Shown here piece by piece: positions 23,561 to 36,245 of a stretch of 64,000 nt of DNA. The notes beneath the pieces were generated by a model. That model had not been told where the DNA came from. It searched no databases and worked only from the letters and a program-made list of their open reading frames with translations. How positions within the stretch are numbered: the stretch's first letter is position 1; every line of letters starts with the position of its first letter. Source of the DNA: Camelus dromedarius (taxonomy: Eukaryota); assembly GCF_036321535.1 (NCBI RefSeq), contig NC_087438.1, positions 436,001 to 500,000 of the forward strand, in the 5' to 3' direction. The translations under genes and the position numbers were made by a program.

Positions 23561-24242
23561 TAAGTCCCTTTCTTAAGTGACAAAGTCTATTCCAACTCTT
23601 ACACAGAGAAAACGAAGTGGCCTGTAACCTTTAGTAATCAGCATAGTCACAAACCCCACTTGAAAATGACCCTCAGAAGCCCCTGGGGCCCCTGGCCTGT
23701 GGGTGGCCTTAAAGGTGCCTGCCCTGCTTGCACAAGCCTGTGAAGACAAGGCGTGCTGTGGCACACTCGGACGGCACACTCAGACACACACGGAGCCTGC
23801 AATCCCATCCACGTCTGTCACCTACACAGAGTTACTTCCTAACATTTATTTCCAAACATCCAGCGAAGTTGAAAGGATTGTCCAGAACACCCAAACACTC
23901 AGCACCTAGGTTCTATTGCTGCTGGCCTTTTTCGGTGTATTCTTGTCGCATCCGTCCTTTTCTGGTGCATTTCCAAGCTGGCGCACGCGGACATCCATTT
24001 CCTTCACTGAAGCACTTTTCGTCCTGCATCTCTCGCAGCACGAGCCCCACCCTTAAACAGCAGCTCTGTCCCACGCTCTCTCTTCTCTTCCCCACCCACC
24101 TCTGCCCCAACTTGAGGAGCTTTGAGGAGCACCCTGGGTACCACGCACATGCTTTGATTCAGTGCAACAAGCAGTTCCAAATGCTGCTCTGTCCTCACTC
24201 TTGGAGGCCCCGGTCGGACTCTCGCCGGTGGCCTGGGCTTAC

Positions 24243-24336
24243 CTTCAGCCGCAGCGAGTGGTTCTCCAGTTCTGTGGTCGGGGAGGTGAACTGTTTCAGG
24301 TGCCCGGATGAGGGCAGGAACAACTTGCTCTTGTCC
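24243..24336 (-). CDS. ZDHHC11: ZDHHC11 coding exon 8, 94 nt (DKSKLFLPSSGHLKQFTSPTTELENHSLRLK)
   Basis: CCCCACCCTCGCAG acceptor, AAG|GTAAGC donor, phase 2-0. Confidence 0.78.
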
Positions 24337-24699
24337 CTGCGAGGGTGGGGCATGAGGAAGGGAAGACTGATGTCAGTGAGGGGGGTGCTCGCTTGGCTGG
24401 AAAGCACCCCACAGGCACCCTGGTTGTGGTTTCCTCTTATCTGCAGGGCCTCAGAGGAGCGGCCCTGGGAGTTGTTTGTGTGCCCGAGTTGGCTGCATGT
24501 GTAAAGCCCTGCGACTGCTTGCCAGGGGGTGCCACAGAGGGGCCCTCTGCTCCCGGGCCCCCCCGGGCCGTGCACTCAAGTTTGGGTACAGTGCTGCCCG
24601 GCTCCTGTACAAACGCGCGGGGACATGCCCCAGGGCCACAGCATCCCCGGGGGCCTGTGCCAACGTCCTGCAGAGGCTCTAGGACTGTCCTCTGTTTCC

Positions 24700-25020
24700 A
24701 GGTAGGAGACTCTGAAGGAGGAGGAGGAAGTCAGAGAGGCCTCAGGCATGAGGAGGACTTGACCCACTGTCACCGACTTGGGGACTGAGGGGCAGCATGG
24801 CCGTGGGAGGACATAATAGACTGTCCACGTTCCAGGTCAGCCTAGAAGCAGATTTTTTCCCCTAAATCTGCAGAAAAGAATGCTGCCCTGTGAACCCTGA
24901 CTGCTGTCCTGAGGAGCACTGACCAGAGGCCCCATCGGGCTCACCGGCCTGTGACCCTTGGGGACCACACGGTAGTGAGTCTTGTTTTAAGCCACTAAAT
25001 TGGTGGACTTTGCTATGTCT
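24700..25020 (+). mobile_element. MaLR LTR relic (3' part)
   Basis: GCAGATTTTTTCCCCTAAATCTGCAGAAAAGAATGC...TGTTTTAAGCCACTAAATTGGTGG. Confidence 0.55.
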
Positions 25021-27010
25021 GGACGCCAGCTGAAGGGGACCCCTTTAAAACTGGACACAAAGAGTCTCCCTTTCATTTCCATCCTGTCTGGTCAGCCGCT
25101 GCGGTCGGCTGTGTTCACGGTGCCCCTGCAGGTGAACAGCCCAGAAGAAGTGCTGCCACTCAGTCAGTGTGACGCCAGCTACCAGAGCCCCACTCTGCGA
25201 AGCTCCCCCGGAGATTCCGCCGAAACACGCCATCTTACTCCACCGCATGAGTTTTCTTTCTGGTATTAGCCCAGCACCACGATTTAAACGTGTTCCCACA
25301 TCTCTAGGCCTGAGTTCTGACGTGCACGGCAAACTTCCCCCCAGATCTGGCTGTGAGCCCCTGTAGGTCGGCCACCAGCCTGACTCTCAGATCACCACAG
25401 AGACATTTCTGCCACAAGAAAGGCCACTGGCGTTTCAGTGCCTGCGGGGTCTGGAGGGCTTGTAGACGCGCGTGGTGCTGAGCCACATTCCCCACATAAC
25501 TAATCCTCTCAGTAAGTAAGGTTCGCTCATTTCCCTGTTGCAAAAGACCAGATTGATAATAAGAAATAATATTCCCCAAATGAGGAATATGGTACTTCCC
25601 AAAGATGGAGTAATTTATATTCATAAAAATCTTGTTTTTTCTTTAAACAAGGTTCACAATATATGGAGTTTTTTTTTTAAAGGCTTCTAAAGAGTTCTAC
25701 GGTATGATCATAATTTTATAAAACAAAACATTGTGCATATAATGCACGGAAAAATATTTAAAAGGGAGACTTGAAAGATATTAATCAAAACGCCCACAAT
25801 GGCTGCTGGTGGGCAGGGAGCAGTTAGGGGTACGCATTTCCACACTGGGAAGTTTTGCAGTTTCCAAGTTTTCTATAATGAGCGTGCATTGATTAGACTT
25901 AATCTGAAAAAAAAAAGGTTTTGGTTTTGTTTAGGTTAGGTTTTAGAGTGTAAGTTACCACCCTGGTTCCAGTTAGTTTTCTATCATTCTTGCCAGAAAG
26001 GGGTAAATGAAAAATGTTCTTAGATTTTATTGAAAGGACCACAGTTAACGAGACTTGAAAGTGAAATTCAAAATGACTTAGGTGTTCATGGTGCTAGTGC
26101 CCATCAGGTTTCTAACATGTTTAGAAGAAAAAACCAGCGGGTTAATTGAAAGGGAATGGTCTTTCCACACTCAACTGTTCTCCTGGATCATTAAACTCAG
26201 CAAAGATCTGCAGTAACTCTCAGCTTTTCAGAAACTGACTAATGGGGACTTCTCCCTTTTCTGACTCACAAAGTCTCTTTGCCAATTGGGCTGCAGGGTG
26301 GGGAGGAGTGAAGCCCCCGGACCCCAGCCCATCTTCCCCACCAGGATGGCTGGAGCTCCAAGCGCAGTGGGGAGTGTGCGCCTGCACTTCCGGCCCCGCC
26401 CGTCACCAGGAGACTGACTTCCTGGCTGGGTCTCTGCAGGATGCTGAGCTGTGGAGGTGGGGAGGCAGGCTGACGCCACCCCCTCTACCTCATAAAGTTG
26501 TGCACCTGATGTAACTCCAGCTCAAATTCCAGGTTTCTTGAAACTGCGCAAAATGACTTTCAAGCTTATATGATAAAACAAACATGTGAAAGACTTGTCA
26601 AATGTAATGAAAAACAAAAGTCTTAAGGGGGCTTTCTACTGCTAGACAAAAAGAGGCAGCTAAAAGAAGTCCCGCCGGAGCAACAGGGCGTTCCCGCAGG
26701 ACCCACGGCAGCGGGGCAGACCCACACGTCCACAGTGGGTCTGAGCCCAGAGCCCACGGAGACTCGGGGAATCAGAAAGAGGGCTTTGCAGCTTGATGAG
26801 AACAGGGGTATCATTTCTTCAGTGAGGTGCAACCAGTAGTCATGCTGTAATAAAACCCCTTGGCCCCTATCTCAGTGAATACGAAAATAAGTTCAAGATG
26901 ACTTGAAAGCCAAAATGTAGAGAAAGAAAATAAAAATTATGAAAATACTAGCAAAGAATGTGGAGGGTAGTCCTTGGAGTAAGAAAGACTCTTTAAGGCA
27001 AGCCAGCTAA

Positions 27011-27111
27011 GGGGTGGGAGGGATATACAGCTCAGTGGTAGACACATGCTTAGTGTGCATAAGGTCCTGGTTCAATCCCCAGTACTTCCGTTAACAATAA
27101 CAACAAAATTT
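27011..27111 (+). mobile_element. tRNA-derived SINE (camelid Vic-1-like)
   Basis: CAGCTCAGTGGTAGA...GGTTCAATCCCCAGTAC, A-rich tail; 16-bp TSD AAGGCAAGCCAGCTAA (26995-27010) / AAAGCAAGCCAGTTAA (27112-27127). Confidence 0.85.
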
Positions 27112-27177
27112 AAAGCAAGCCAGTTAAGAAGATAAATAGCTGTTTTCAGACACAAAACTAGTATGATTACGACTTAC

Positions 27178-27212
27178 CCACGTACAGATGAACTCAGGAT
27201 GTTATGTGCCTT
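27178..27212 (-). CDS. ZDHHC11: ZDHHC11 coding exon 7, 35 nt (KAHNILSSSVRG)
   Basis: TTTATTCCCACAG acceptor, TGG|GTAAGT donor, phase 0-2; resembles human QGAGALGSSAQG. Confidence 0.8.
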
Positions 27213-27429
27213 CTGTGGGAATAAATGGAAATTCATAAAGTGAAAAACAAGTGGTAGACACTAGGCTTCTTCTTATTCAAAACTGAAGTTAATTTTAGTT
27301 GATTTTGAGCAATGGAACCTCAGATTCTCCTGGGTCCTGGGACAGGATCTCACTGCAGGCAGCTCTCCCCTCAACCCCTGTAACACGCAGACGTGTCTTC
27401 ACTTTGATAGGAACGGGGAGCGGGCTGGC

Positions 27430-27830
27430 TGGGTCACATGAGAAATCTGAATTCCCCTCTTTAGAAAATGCCAAACTTCGGTGCAGAGCCGGGCAATTTT
27501 ACATCCCCACCAGCAATGCAGGTCTCTGGTTCCGGCCACGCTGATGGCTGTGTGGTGGTGTCTCAGTGCCCTTTTAATTTGTTTCCTTAGCATTGAATGA
27601 TGCTGACTGTCTTTTCCTGACCTTATCTGCCACCCACAGATCCTCCTGGGTGAACGGCTTGTTCAAGTCTTTTGCCCTTTTTAGAAAAAAACTGGCCATT
27701 TTTCTTGTGACGTAGTTTTGAAAGTTGTATACATATTCTGGATGCAAGTATATGACTCGCAAATAATTTCTGTCTCTTTCTTAGTGGTGACCTTTGAAGA
27801 GTAAATGCTTTTCATTTTGATGCAGATCAG
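27430..27830 (-). mobile_element. L1 ORF2 3' remnant (antisense)
   Basis: AATTTTACATCCCCACCAGCAATG, TTTTAATTTGTTTCC, ATATTCTGGATGCAAGT. Confidence 0.7.
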
Positions 27831-28099
27831 CTGCAGAAATGGGGGGCCTGCAAGAGGTGAGCCCTGTGCTTTGATCCTGTGGTGAGTGAGTGTGGAAACG
27901 ACAACACACACGTGCACACGAGACGCCAAACACACACGCGTACACACCACACACACGCACTGTGTCACACACACCACACACGCACACACACAGCCACATA
28001 CATGCCCAGGAATAAGCACTGCGCTGAAGAGGTGCTGGCTGCCAGGTGACCTGGGCCTCCTGCCCGCGTGAGCCTGTGGGGAAGGACAGATGGTGGTAC

Positions 28100-28206
28100 C
28101 TGTAGCAATCCCACCTGTGAGGCCTTGTCTCTTGTCTGCGACGCAGCCAAATTGCGCTGTTGACGGCCCCAGATCACATAATCATATGTGCTCAACTTCT
28201 TGTTCA
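28100..28206 (-). CDS. ZDHHC11: ZDHHC11 coding exon 6, 107 nt (MNKKLSTYDYVIWGRQQRNLAASQTRDKASQVGLLQ)
   Basis: TCTCTCCCTTCCAG acceptor, CAG|GTACCA donor; STYD sits at the TTxE motif position of DHHC enzymes. Confidence 0.85.
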
Positions 28207-30361
28207 CTGGAAGGGAGAGAGGAGCAGGGCAGGTGGCCATCCGTCCACGCACGCTGGCCCACCTGTGCCCGGGGCCCCGCTCAGCCCCGCTGGGGAGAGT
28301 CCCCTGCACCCCCTGCCCACACGTGCACATGTGGTGAGTGCTGTGCCTGGCTGGCTCTGGCTGGGGCAGAAGTGCTCAGGTCACTAACAGTGAATGTCAA
28401 ACACATCTGTCAGTAGAAACCCTGGTGCTGGAAAGGGTTCTGGGCCTGCTTCAGCCCCGTGCCTTCATAGACGGGCCAAATTTTCCATCTTTCTTTCTCT
28501 AAAAACTGACAGACGTGAGAACAGATGGTTTACAATTATTCCTGGGAAGTGAAAAGGGCTGCCCACAGAAGCCTACTTGCAGCCGGAGGAGCAGCGGGGC
28601 TGCGGCCCCGACAGCCCATGGACCACGGAGGCTGCCGCCCCACTGGGCCTGCCCTGGGCTCGGAGCCCTCTTGGCCGGCCCCTCCCTGGGGCTTCTCCAA
28701 GGCTTTGTTCTGTTTTGGGTTTGGTTTTGGTTTTGGTTTTGTTTGGCTTGACTTATCTCTCTTGATGCCTCCCCCGCCCCGTCTTCCGTCCCTGTCAGAC
28801 CCAGCCGGTTTGAGGATGTAAACTCGTACTTGTCTATATTCCAGTGATGAGTGGACATTTGTTCACTCTTTTGCCCGAGTTTGCACAAATGCCATCAGAA
28901 TCAGGTGTCAGCACGCCCAGAGCTCACCCTCTCCCGAGCGAGTTTCCTGTAACACCTCGTAACCCGATGGGAGTCAGAAATGATTTGCAGACACAGAACT
29001 CAGCACCCCACGGGCAGGGGCCGGGGCCGGGGCCGGGGACACTGAGTGAAAGTCGCCTGGTCTTCCCAGGTGGCAGGTGCCCAGGTAGCTGGTAGCTGGG
29101 GGTCCCTGACTCCCCCCACACCCTTCAAGGCGTTTTCTCTCCTGTTTGTTCCGTGATTCGGGGTTTCCTCCGACCATCACTGGCTCTCTCTGCGTCCTCA
29201 CCAAGGGTCTCACACACACTCAGTGCTGAGGACTTGTCACAATGTCCCTTGCCAAGCGTCACAGTTTGACCCCACTGCTGTCTCAGCAGCCCTGCCTCGG
29301 GGCGCTCCCATCCACGTGGTCCCAGCCCCGCCATGCTCTTTTCTCACCATGCCCTGGCCTGAGCCACTCCGGCGTGGGGCGTCCACACGCAGGACAAGGG
29401 AGGCCACTGGCCAACAGCTCCTGGGGAGATAGCCTGGCCAGCAGCCAGGGGTGAGCAGGAAGGGTCGTCCTGACAGAGGCCTTGGGTCAGACCCAGGGCC
29501 GGGGGACAGCTAAGCTCTGCTGGACTCCGGACCACAGAAACTGAGGGTCATGGATGCGTGTTTTAAAGGAGCTGCCTTTTAGGGTAATTTAACTATAACT
29601 GACCATAACCAACAGCCCGACTTTCTCCTGCAAATCTACTCTTTGATGTTCAAAGACCCTAAAATCGCCCCTTCAGTCCTGAACACAGTGTATCCCGTCC
29701 TGAGGGCCTCCTGGGCCCCTTAATCAGTGAGGGCGCACACCTGCCCTCTTGGAGGTTCCTGTCCCTCCATCTCCAGCGGCACTCAGTCCGGAGGATTTTG
29801 TTCTCCGGGCTCCCCTCTCGTCCTTGCCGACTCCCCATGTCATCCCCAGTGGCTGCCCCAGCCCCTGGTGCTCGGGGATTCTGTCTGCAAACTGCCTGTC
29901 GCCCCCGCCCCCGCCAGCTACGCAGCGAGGAGAGCCTCGCCTGCAGCCTGGGGCGCCCAGTGCTGGTGCTGTGCCCTTCTCTGGCTCAGCCGGGGGCGTG
30001 CGGCCGGCCCGGCTCCCACGGCCACAGTGGGCCCCCGCCCCTCTCCTGCGAGCCTCTCTTCCAGGGACCGCTTCCCAGGGTGGGGGAGGTCCTGCCACAC
30101 GCAGCGCCGCAGAGATGCTAGGAAACCGCCCTCCCCTCAGCAGGTCGGTTAGTGGATAACATCTCGCTCGACCACCTTTCAGGTCTCCTTGGACCAGTTT
30201 AGCCCTGCTGCCCCTCTCGGGGGTCTCTCCTCTTCCTGTAATTTGTCCTTTGTGCTTTGAGCTGGCTTCTGGTGGAGACTGACCGAGGGACTGCCTGCCC
30301 CGGGACACGTGTGAGCACGACGGGGAAAGGCCTGCAGGGGTGGGGGAACGGGGGCGCGTAC

Positions 30362-30517
30362 TCAGGTAGAGGTGGAAGAAGAGCAGATGCCCCAGCAGCA
30401 GGAGGTTGGCAGCGTTCAGCAGCAGCATGGACGCCCCTAAGGTCAGCACCACCGGCGTCTTCGTCCTTGTCGGGAACAGTGGGAGGAACAGCACCCACGT
30501 GTGCTCGTTGGAGATGC
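30362..30517 (-). CDS. ZDHHC11: ZDHHC11 coding exon 5, 156 nt (TM4 region)
   Basis: ISNEHTWVLFLPLFP...LLGHLLFFHLYL; CATCAG acceptor, GTACGC donor, phase 1-1. Confidence 0.92.
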
Positions 30518-30986
30518 CTGATGGGGACACAGGGTGGGCGCGCCTCCAGCACCTGCTGACGCACAGCGCCTCTCCCCAGGTGGCACCTGCCACAGAACTT
30601 GGCAGTGGGGGAGGGAATGCCAGCCTAGGGAGAGCCTCCCCGCCCAGGTGACGGCCGGCTCAGGGCGGGCGGCCCATCACACAGGGCTTTGCAGGCCCTG
30701 CCTCCCTCCACGGCAGTCACGGGGGGCAGACCCCACTCTGGGTGCCTGATGCTACTGGAAGCACAGCCTGGAGCCACCACACCAGTGTCCTTGGGTCCCA
30801 AACTTGCCCCCTGTGGGCTTGGGAACCTGCTGGGCTGGGGGGTGGGTCCTGGCCTGTGGCCCTTGCAGGGGTGGGGGCGCCAGGCTGCAGTGCCCACCCC
30901 ACCCACCCAGCCTGGGGCAAGCCAGGCTGACCTCCCCTGGGATGAAGACTTCACTGGGAAGGTAGCGGGGCTGCAGGAGCACGTAC

Positions 30987-31111
30987 TTCGGTAGTGTTGG
31001 TCCGCGCGCAGCTCCACAGGGTTGACTACGTACTGGATGAAGATGTACAGCAAGATGCCCGCTACACAGAGCATGCCCACGAAGGCCGAGGCCACGGAGC
31101 TGAAGAAGAAC
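30987..31111 (-). CDS. ZDHHC11: ZDHHC11 coding exon 4, 125 nt (TM3)
   Basis: FFFSSVASAFVGMLCVAGILLYIFIQYVVNPVELRADQHYR; CTCCCGCAG acceptor, GTACGT donor. Confidence 0.93.
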
Positions 31112-31359
31112 CTGCGGGAGAGGCAGAGCCAGGCTCAGCGCCGGGAGACGGCCAGCCGGCGTGCGCACGGATGGGGCCGGCGGCCCCACTAAGCCCACGC
31201 CTGACCCTCAGATCTTCCTCCCCTCACTCTTTCCTCTGGGCTTTTCTCTCCAGCTCTAGAGGTGACCCCCCGATCCCTGAGCCGCGCGGCCCCACCTGCC
31301 GCGCAGTTTGCACGTGACCTTTCACTCAGTCCACAGGAGGCTGGAGGAGGGTGACCACC

Positions 31360-31410
31360 CAGTTCACAGCAGGGAAACTGAGGCTCAGAGACAGTGTGAC
31401 CATCCAAGCA
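31360..31410. mobile_element. MIR SINE core fragment
   Basis: CAGTTCACAGCAGGGAAACTGAGGCTCAGAGA matches the MIR core. Confidence 0.6.
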
Positions 31411-32372
31411 GGACCGCGTTCAGCTCAACCCGGCCCAGCCCAACCCGGCCCAGCCCCTGTGGGGCTCCCTCCTGGCCACGAGTCGCTGGGCCCACCGAGC
31501 TCTGAAATCATGGCAGATGAGCCCTGTGGCCCTCAGCCTGGAGCCGGGACTGGTGAACAGAATCCGCACGTGGCCACGTGGTGGGCGTGCGGGCCACCCT
31601 GTGGGGAGGGCACGGGCCCACAGGCACAGAAGCCAGCGTGCTGATCTCAGCGCTCGGGAACTGGGCCACTCTGTGCCTAGGGACCACACACCCGCAAGGG
31701 CCCTTGGGCTTCGCTATTAGACCCGAACACGTTTCCTGCACAAAGACACAGAGAATGGTCTGTTCATCGAAAACGTAAACTCCGGGCAGCAGCACCCAGA
31801 AGGAGCTCTAAGACGCCTTCTTCCAGTCTGTCTGCCACTCGCCCTGAGCGCTTCAGTGCTGAACAAAGTCTCTTGTTCACCTGAAATCTAGTTGGTTCAT
31901 CACTCTTTCCTGTCTTTATGTGAGGGCTCAGCCGTGAATGTTGTCCAGGGGCAGGTGGACACCCCACCGGCTCAGGAGGAAGATGTCTGGGGCCTCTTGT
32001 CCCCCTGAGTGACCCTTGCTGTAGGCCAGGCCCCGGCCCATCCAGCTGACTCTGCCCAGGGACCCATGCCCTGTCCACGAGGCTTCCTGGCCCCTCTGGG
32101 AATGCCCAGCTCCGCCTGCTCTGTGCTTGGAGCCCCTGTCAGAACCTCCTGTGGGGCCCCTCGGAGCCTGGCCCACCTGGTCCTCTTCATGGTCAGAGCC
32201 ACACCCCTCCCCCCTCCACCGAGGGCAGCCAGACCTCCAGGTGAACAGCCAGCAAGGAAGCCCACCCTGGGGGAGGAGGGACCCAGCCAGAGTGAGGCCG
32301 GAGCTCCCCCCAGCCCTGCCGTCCTGGGCTTCCTCCTCTGGGGAGGACGAGAGGGCCCAGCCCTGCCCTCAC

Positions 32373-32474
32373 CAGTAATTCCTGGTCCCTACGCAGTTGT
32401 TTAGCCACTTGCAGTGGTGGTCGAAGCCCTCGACACACTTGTTGCAGTAGCTGCAGTGTTTGGCTTTTGCGCTC
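32373..32474 (-). CDS. ZDHHC11: ZDHHC11 coding exon 3, 102 nt, catalytic DHHC cysteine-rich domain
   Basis: [37 protein letters not shown] codons at 32411-32422; TTCCTTCCAG acceptor, GTGAGG donor. Confidence 0.96.
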
Positions 32475-32752
32475 CTGGAAGGAAGAGTTAGGGGGGAACC
32501 TGTCAGCAGGCTGTGCAGTGGGGATGCCGGAGTCCCCATCTGCCCGCAGCGGCGATGCCTCCCCATGTGCGCCTGCCATGTGGCAGCCGGGCCTGAGGCT
32601 GAGGCCGGAGTCAGATCCCTCCCCATCACCCACGAGGTCCCCGGGCCCTGACCAGCCTGGGCTGCGACCTGGGTGGGGAGAGGGGTTCATCTGAGAGACC
32701 CAAGGCAGAGGGCTCTCCTGCCCCGGATCTGGGGGCCCTGCGCGGCACTCAC

Positions 32753-32931
32753 ACGGTGACCTCGCACAGATGGCAATAACGGTTCTGGATCACATGCAGG
32801 TATTTGGACCGGTCGAAGGTCGGCACAGGCTCTGCGTAGTTCTTTTTCATGCGGACGTTGGTATCAGCCGGATCGATGGAAACCGCAATCACGTGGACCA
32901 AGAAGTGGAACAAGAAAAGTCCACCAGTCAC
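32753..32931 (-). CDS. ZDHHC11: ZDHHC11 coding exon 2, 179 nt
   Basis: VTGGLFLFHFLVHVIAVSIDPADTNVRMKKNYAEPVPTFDRSKYLHVIQNRYCHLCEVT; GTGAGT donor. Confidence 0.95.
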
Positions 32932-33328
32932 CTGCAGAAGGTGCGTCAAGGAAAGACTCGGCCTGGTCAGCACCCCACCAGGGCCTGCGAGGGGAGGCCC
33001 GGTGTCGGGCCCCCCAGCCACCGGGAGCCACCAGAGCCTGGCCAGCGGCAGGGGCCAAGGACACCCCTCCTGCACCCCTGCGGCCAGCAGACCCAGCCCA
33101 AATCCTTCTCTCTCAAGGGACAGAGCAGGGCACCCTGGAGGCTGTGGCTCGCCCGCACTTCACTGAGGCAGCGGGAGAGGCCAGCGTGTGCCATGGGCAT
33201 CGGAGGTGGGGGGATACTTGGGGCAGAGGGGCCGCGCTGACCACATGTGTCATCAAGAAAAGGAGGAGGGACAGAGGGAGGGAGGGTGCAGACTCCCACC
33301 CGTGAGCCTCATGGCAAGTGGGCACGAG

Positions 33329-33388
33329 CTCTGTCTCTGCTTCTGTCTCTGTCTCTGTCTCTCTGTCTCTGTCTCTGTCTGTCTCTCC
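33329..33388. repeat. (CTGTCT)n simple repeat
   Basis: Tandem CTCTGT hexamers. Confidence 0.9.
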
Positions 33389-35949
33389 CCCATTCCAGGA
33401 CCCTCAGGCTCTCTCCAGCTCCCCCTCCCTCCAGGGCTCCCAGGGTAAAATCAAGCCCTCAGACCCCACCCGCTCCGCCTCCTCTCCAGGGACCAACACA
33501 CTGTCCCCATGGAAACCAAACAGAAGGGGCCGAAGCGCCAGCCTGGCCTCGCTGTCAGCCCTGCCCTGCTTCCCAGGATGAAGTTTGAGCCAGGAGGGTT
33601 CAGGGTTTACAGGCCCGGCTCCTGCGAGGGCGGCCTGGGTGTGGCGGGGAAATGCTCCCCCATCGCCTGCGAGGTGTCCTCTGTGTGGCGGAGTGGGTGC
33701 AAAGCTGTGTGGGCTCAGGCCCCAGGGGGGCTGTACAGAGGCCCATGGGCAGCGCAGGCTCTGAGCAGGGCGTCCTCCCTGGGTCTAGGGTCTGCCAGCC
33801 TCGCCTGCAACGCTCAGCCTTGCGGAGCCGCCCAGGGGCTCAGGGCTTGTGTTCACAGGCGTGGTGCTGCCTGGGCAAGGCCGGTAGGACACAGCCACAG
33901 TGCACAGCGAGACTCAGGGTGAGCTGGTTTGGCCAAAGCTGTGGGTGCAGAAGTGACAGGGCCCAGCTGGGCCTGGCTGGGGACACAGAGACCACCATGA
34001 GGGCGAGCGGGAGCTGGGGGCCAGGGTCCAGACGGGAGGCTGGTGCCCAGGCCAAGGGTGGGCAGGCACACAGCCAGCAGGATGTGGAAAGAGGGAAGGA
34101 GAGATGGGTGACAACCAGTCAGGCCCGGGGGAGCCCACAGGGGACAGGACTGGCCAGATCCCTCAGTGCCACCAAGGATGCAGTGACACGGAGGCTCCTC
34201 CCGTGGCTGCAGGACCTTGCAGGAGGGGCTGTGGGTACAGCCTGGGCCTCTGCTGACGAGCAGACTGAGCTGTGCTCCTGTCCAGGGGGCGGGCCCGTGG
34301 GCAGGAGGTCAGTGGCTAGGCCGCACTGTCATAGCGCGTGACCCCAACTCCACCCCAGCATGCTGGTCCCCTGAACCCACCCCCGGAGCTTCCTCTGACG
34401 CGCAGCACTGTTTGTGTGGTTACCAGGGCAACGGGAGCGCGGATGGCAGCTGGGACAAGGAGATGCGGCAGGAAGCCCAGGTGCAGCCCCTTCCTCTGGG
34501 AAGTTAGAGGGGAGCTGTCGCTGTCAGATGCTGGCAGACAGGGGCCGGAGGTGGATGCAAGGAGGGCAGCAGGTGGGTGGCTGAAGTGTGGCCCAAGCAA
34601 TCCACCTGCACGTCCACACTCGGCTCCACACGAGGCCAGCACCAGGGAGAGCATGTTGGGACAGTAGCCCTCACGGCGGAGGGCCCGGGTGCCTGACCTG
34701 AACCTAGCAGGCAGCTAGTTTCCTGTGCCCCTGACACCTGCTGGTGCCATGAGCAGGCGTTTCTCAGGGCGCTGCTTCTGGGGGACCCCGAGATCCCAGG
34801 GCAGTGTGCTGCCTGGATACAGTGGGAGAAGCAGTCACGGCCTCTGGACATCGGGTGTCCCCTGCAGGCACTGTGACACCCACCTCTGTGAGTGGAGACC
34901 AGCCCCCCGTCTGACCCACCAGGTCACCCCAGGAGAGGCGTTGGTGAGCGACAATTGGCTGCATTTGCCCAAGACGACCTGGCCGCTCCTGCCATGGGCC
35001 AGGCACCGAGTGGCCGTCGGGGCCCCCGGGTAGAGGGTGCCACAGGGTGCGAGCCACACCCTCAGTTGCCCGCTTTCACTTTTGGCTGTAATTTTATCTC
35101 AGGAGAGTCTTAGGTTCAAGTTAGTAATAAAAAGAACCGGGTTCCCAGTCTCACTTCCACAGCGAGGCAGCGGCCCTGGGCAGCCCTGAGGACAAGCCAT
35201 AGGTCCCCTAGCAACTATCTGCGTTCAGTAAATAAACAGCGCCGGGCGCCAGCCCAGGACACACGTCCGGTCCTGCGGCAGGAGGGCGGGAGCCCGGCGG
35301 GCGGAGCTCGAGCTGCCCCAGTCACGTCTCATCACAGCGGCACCCCCTCCCCACCCGAGCGTCCCCACCGCAACACAGGGTCCCCACCACGCCCCAGGCC
35401 CTCCCTCCCGCACGCAGCGGGCAGCCGCGCTGCTCCTTCCTGGCTCCCCTGGGCTGCCTGAAGTCCCGCTGCCCTGGCCACGGACCCTGCCTTTCCCAGG
35501 GCCCAGCGGTCACCTCCATGCCTGGCCCTGTGGGCACCAAATGACGCCGGTGCCCCACAGTGGCCAGAGAAGGGCACCCCAGTGCAGCTGCCAGGGCCTA
35601 AGGGACACCGCTGGGCCAGTGGCGGGTGCCAGGCAGGAAACTGGACTGGAAAACACGCCCCCCCAGGTAGTCTGAGCTCTGAACAGGCAGGGACGCCATC
35701 CTGCACACACCACTTGGGTCAGGCAGGAGGGGCCGCGCAGACTGGGCACCACCAGGGGCCAGTGCTGTCAGGAGAAGGTGCCAGTCCCCATGGGCGGGGA
35801 CAGCTCCGAGCTCGGCAGAGAGCTGGTGAGAACGTGGAGTGACTGTTCGCAGAGAGAGGGGCCACCACCAAGACCACAAGGCCACTCAGCTAAGCTACGG
35901 TCCAAGGAGGGTGCAGACAGTGGGTCACAGCCCAGCACGTGAGCACCCA

Positions 35950-36245
35950 CTGCTGGGGCCGGACTGTGTCCCCAGAGATGCTGAAGTCCTGACCCCCAGG
36001 GCCTGTGAGGATTTTACTTGAAAATGGGGTCTTTGCAGATGATCAAGTTAAGATGAGGTCGTCAGGGGAGGGGTCCTTATAAGGAGAGACCATCAGGACG
36101 CAGACACACGCAGAGGGCGGCCTGCGAGGGTGCAGAGAAGCAGCAGCTACAGCCGAGGGGGTCCAGGTCCTGGCACGCTTCGACCTCGGGCCTCTGGGCC
36201 CAGAACTGAGAGACAATACGTTTCTCGGTTTAAGCTGCCCTGCTG
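35950..36245 (+). mobile_element. MaLR solo LTR relic (MLT1-like)
   Basis: GGACTGTGTCCCC...GCTGAAGTCCTGACCCCC...GGGTCTTTGCAGATGATCAAGTTAAGATGAGGTC...CAGAACTGAGAGACAATAC. Confidence 0.75.

Noticed and set aside
28100..28115. Alternative in-frame donor CAG|GTGGGA at 28115
   Set aside because: Possible, but the 28100 donor keeps GLLQ, which matches the human GVLQ exon end; not resolvable without reads.
29017..29038. (GGGGCC)3 and other G-runs (6327-6339, ~9494-9525) as G-quadruplex elements
   Set aside because: Short and common in GC-rich introns; no evidence of function.
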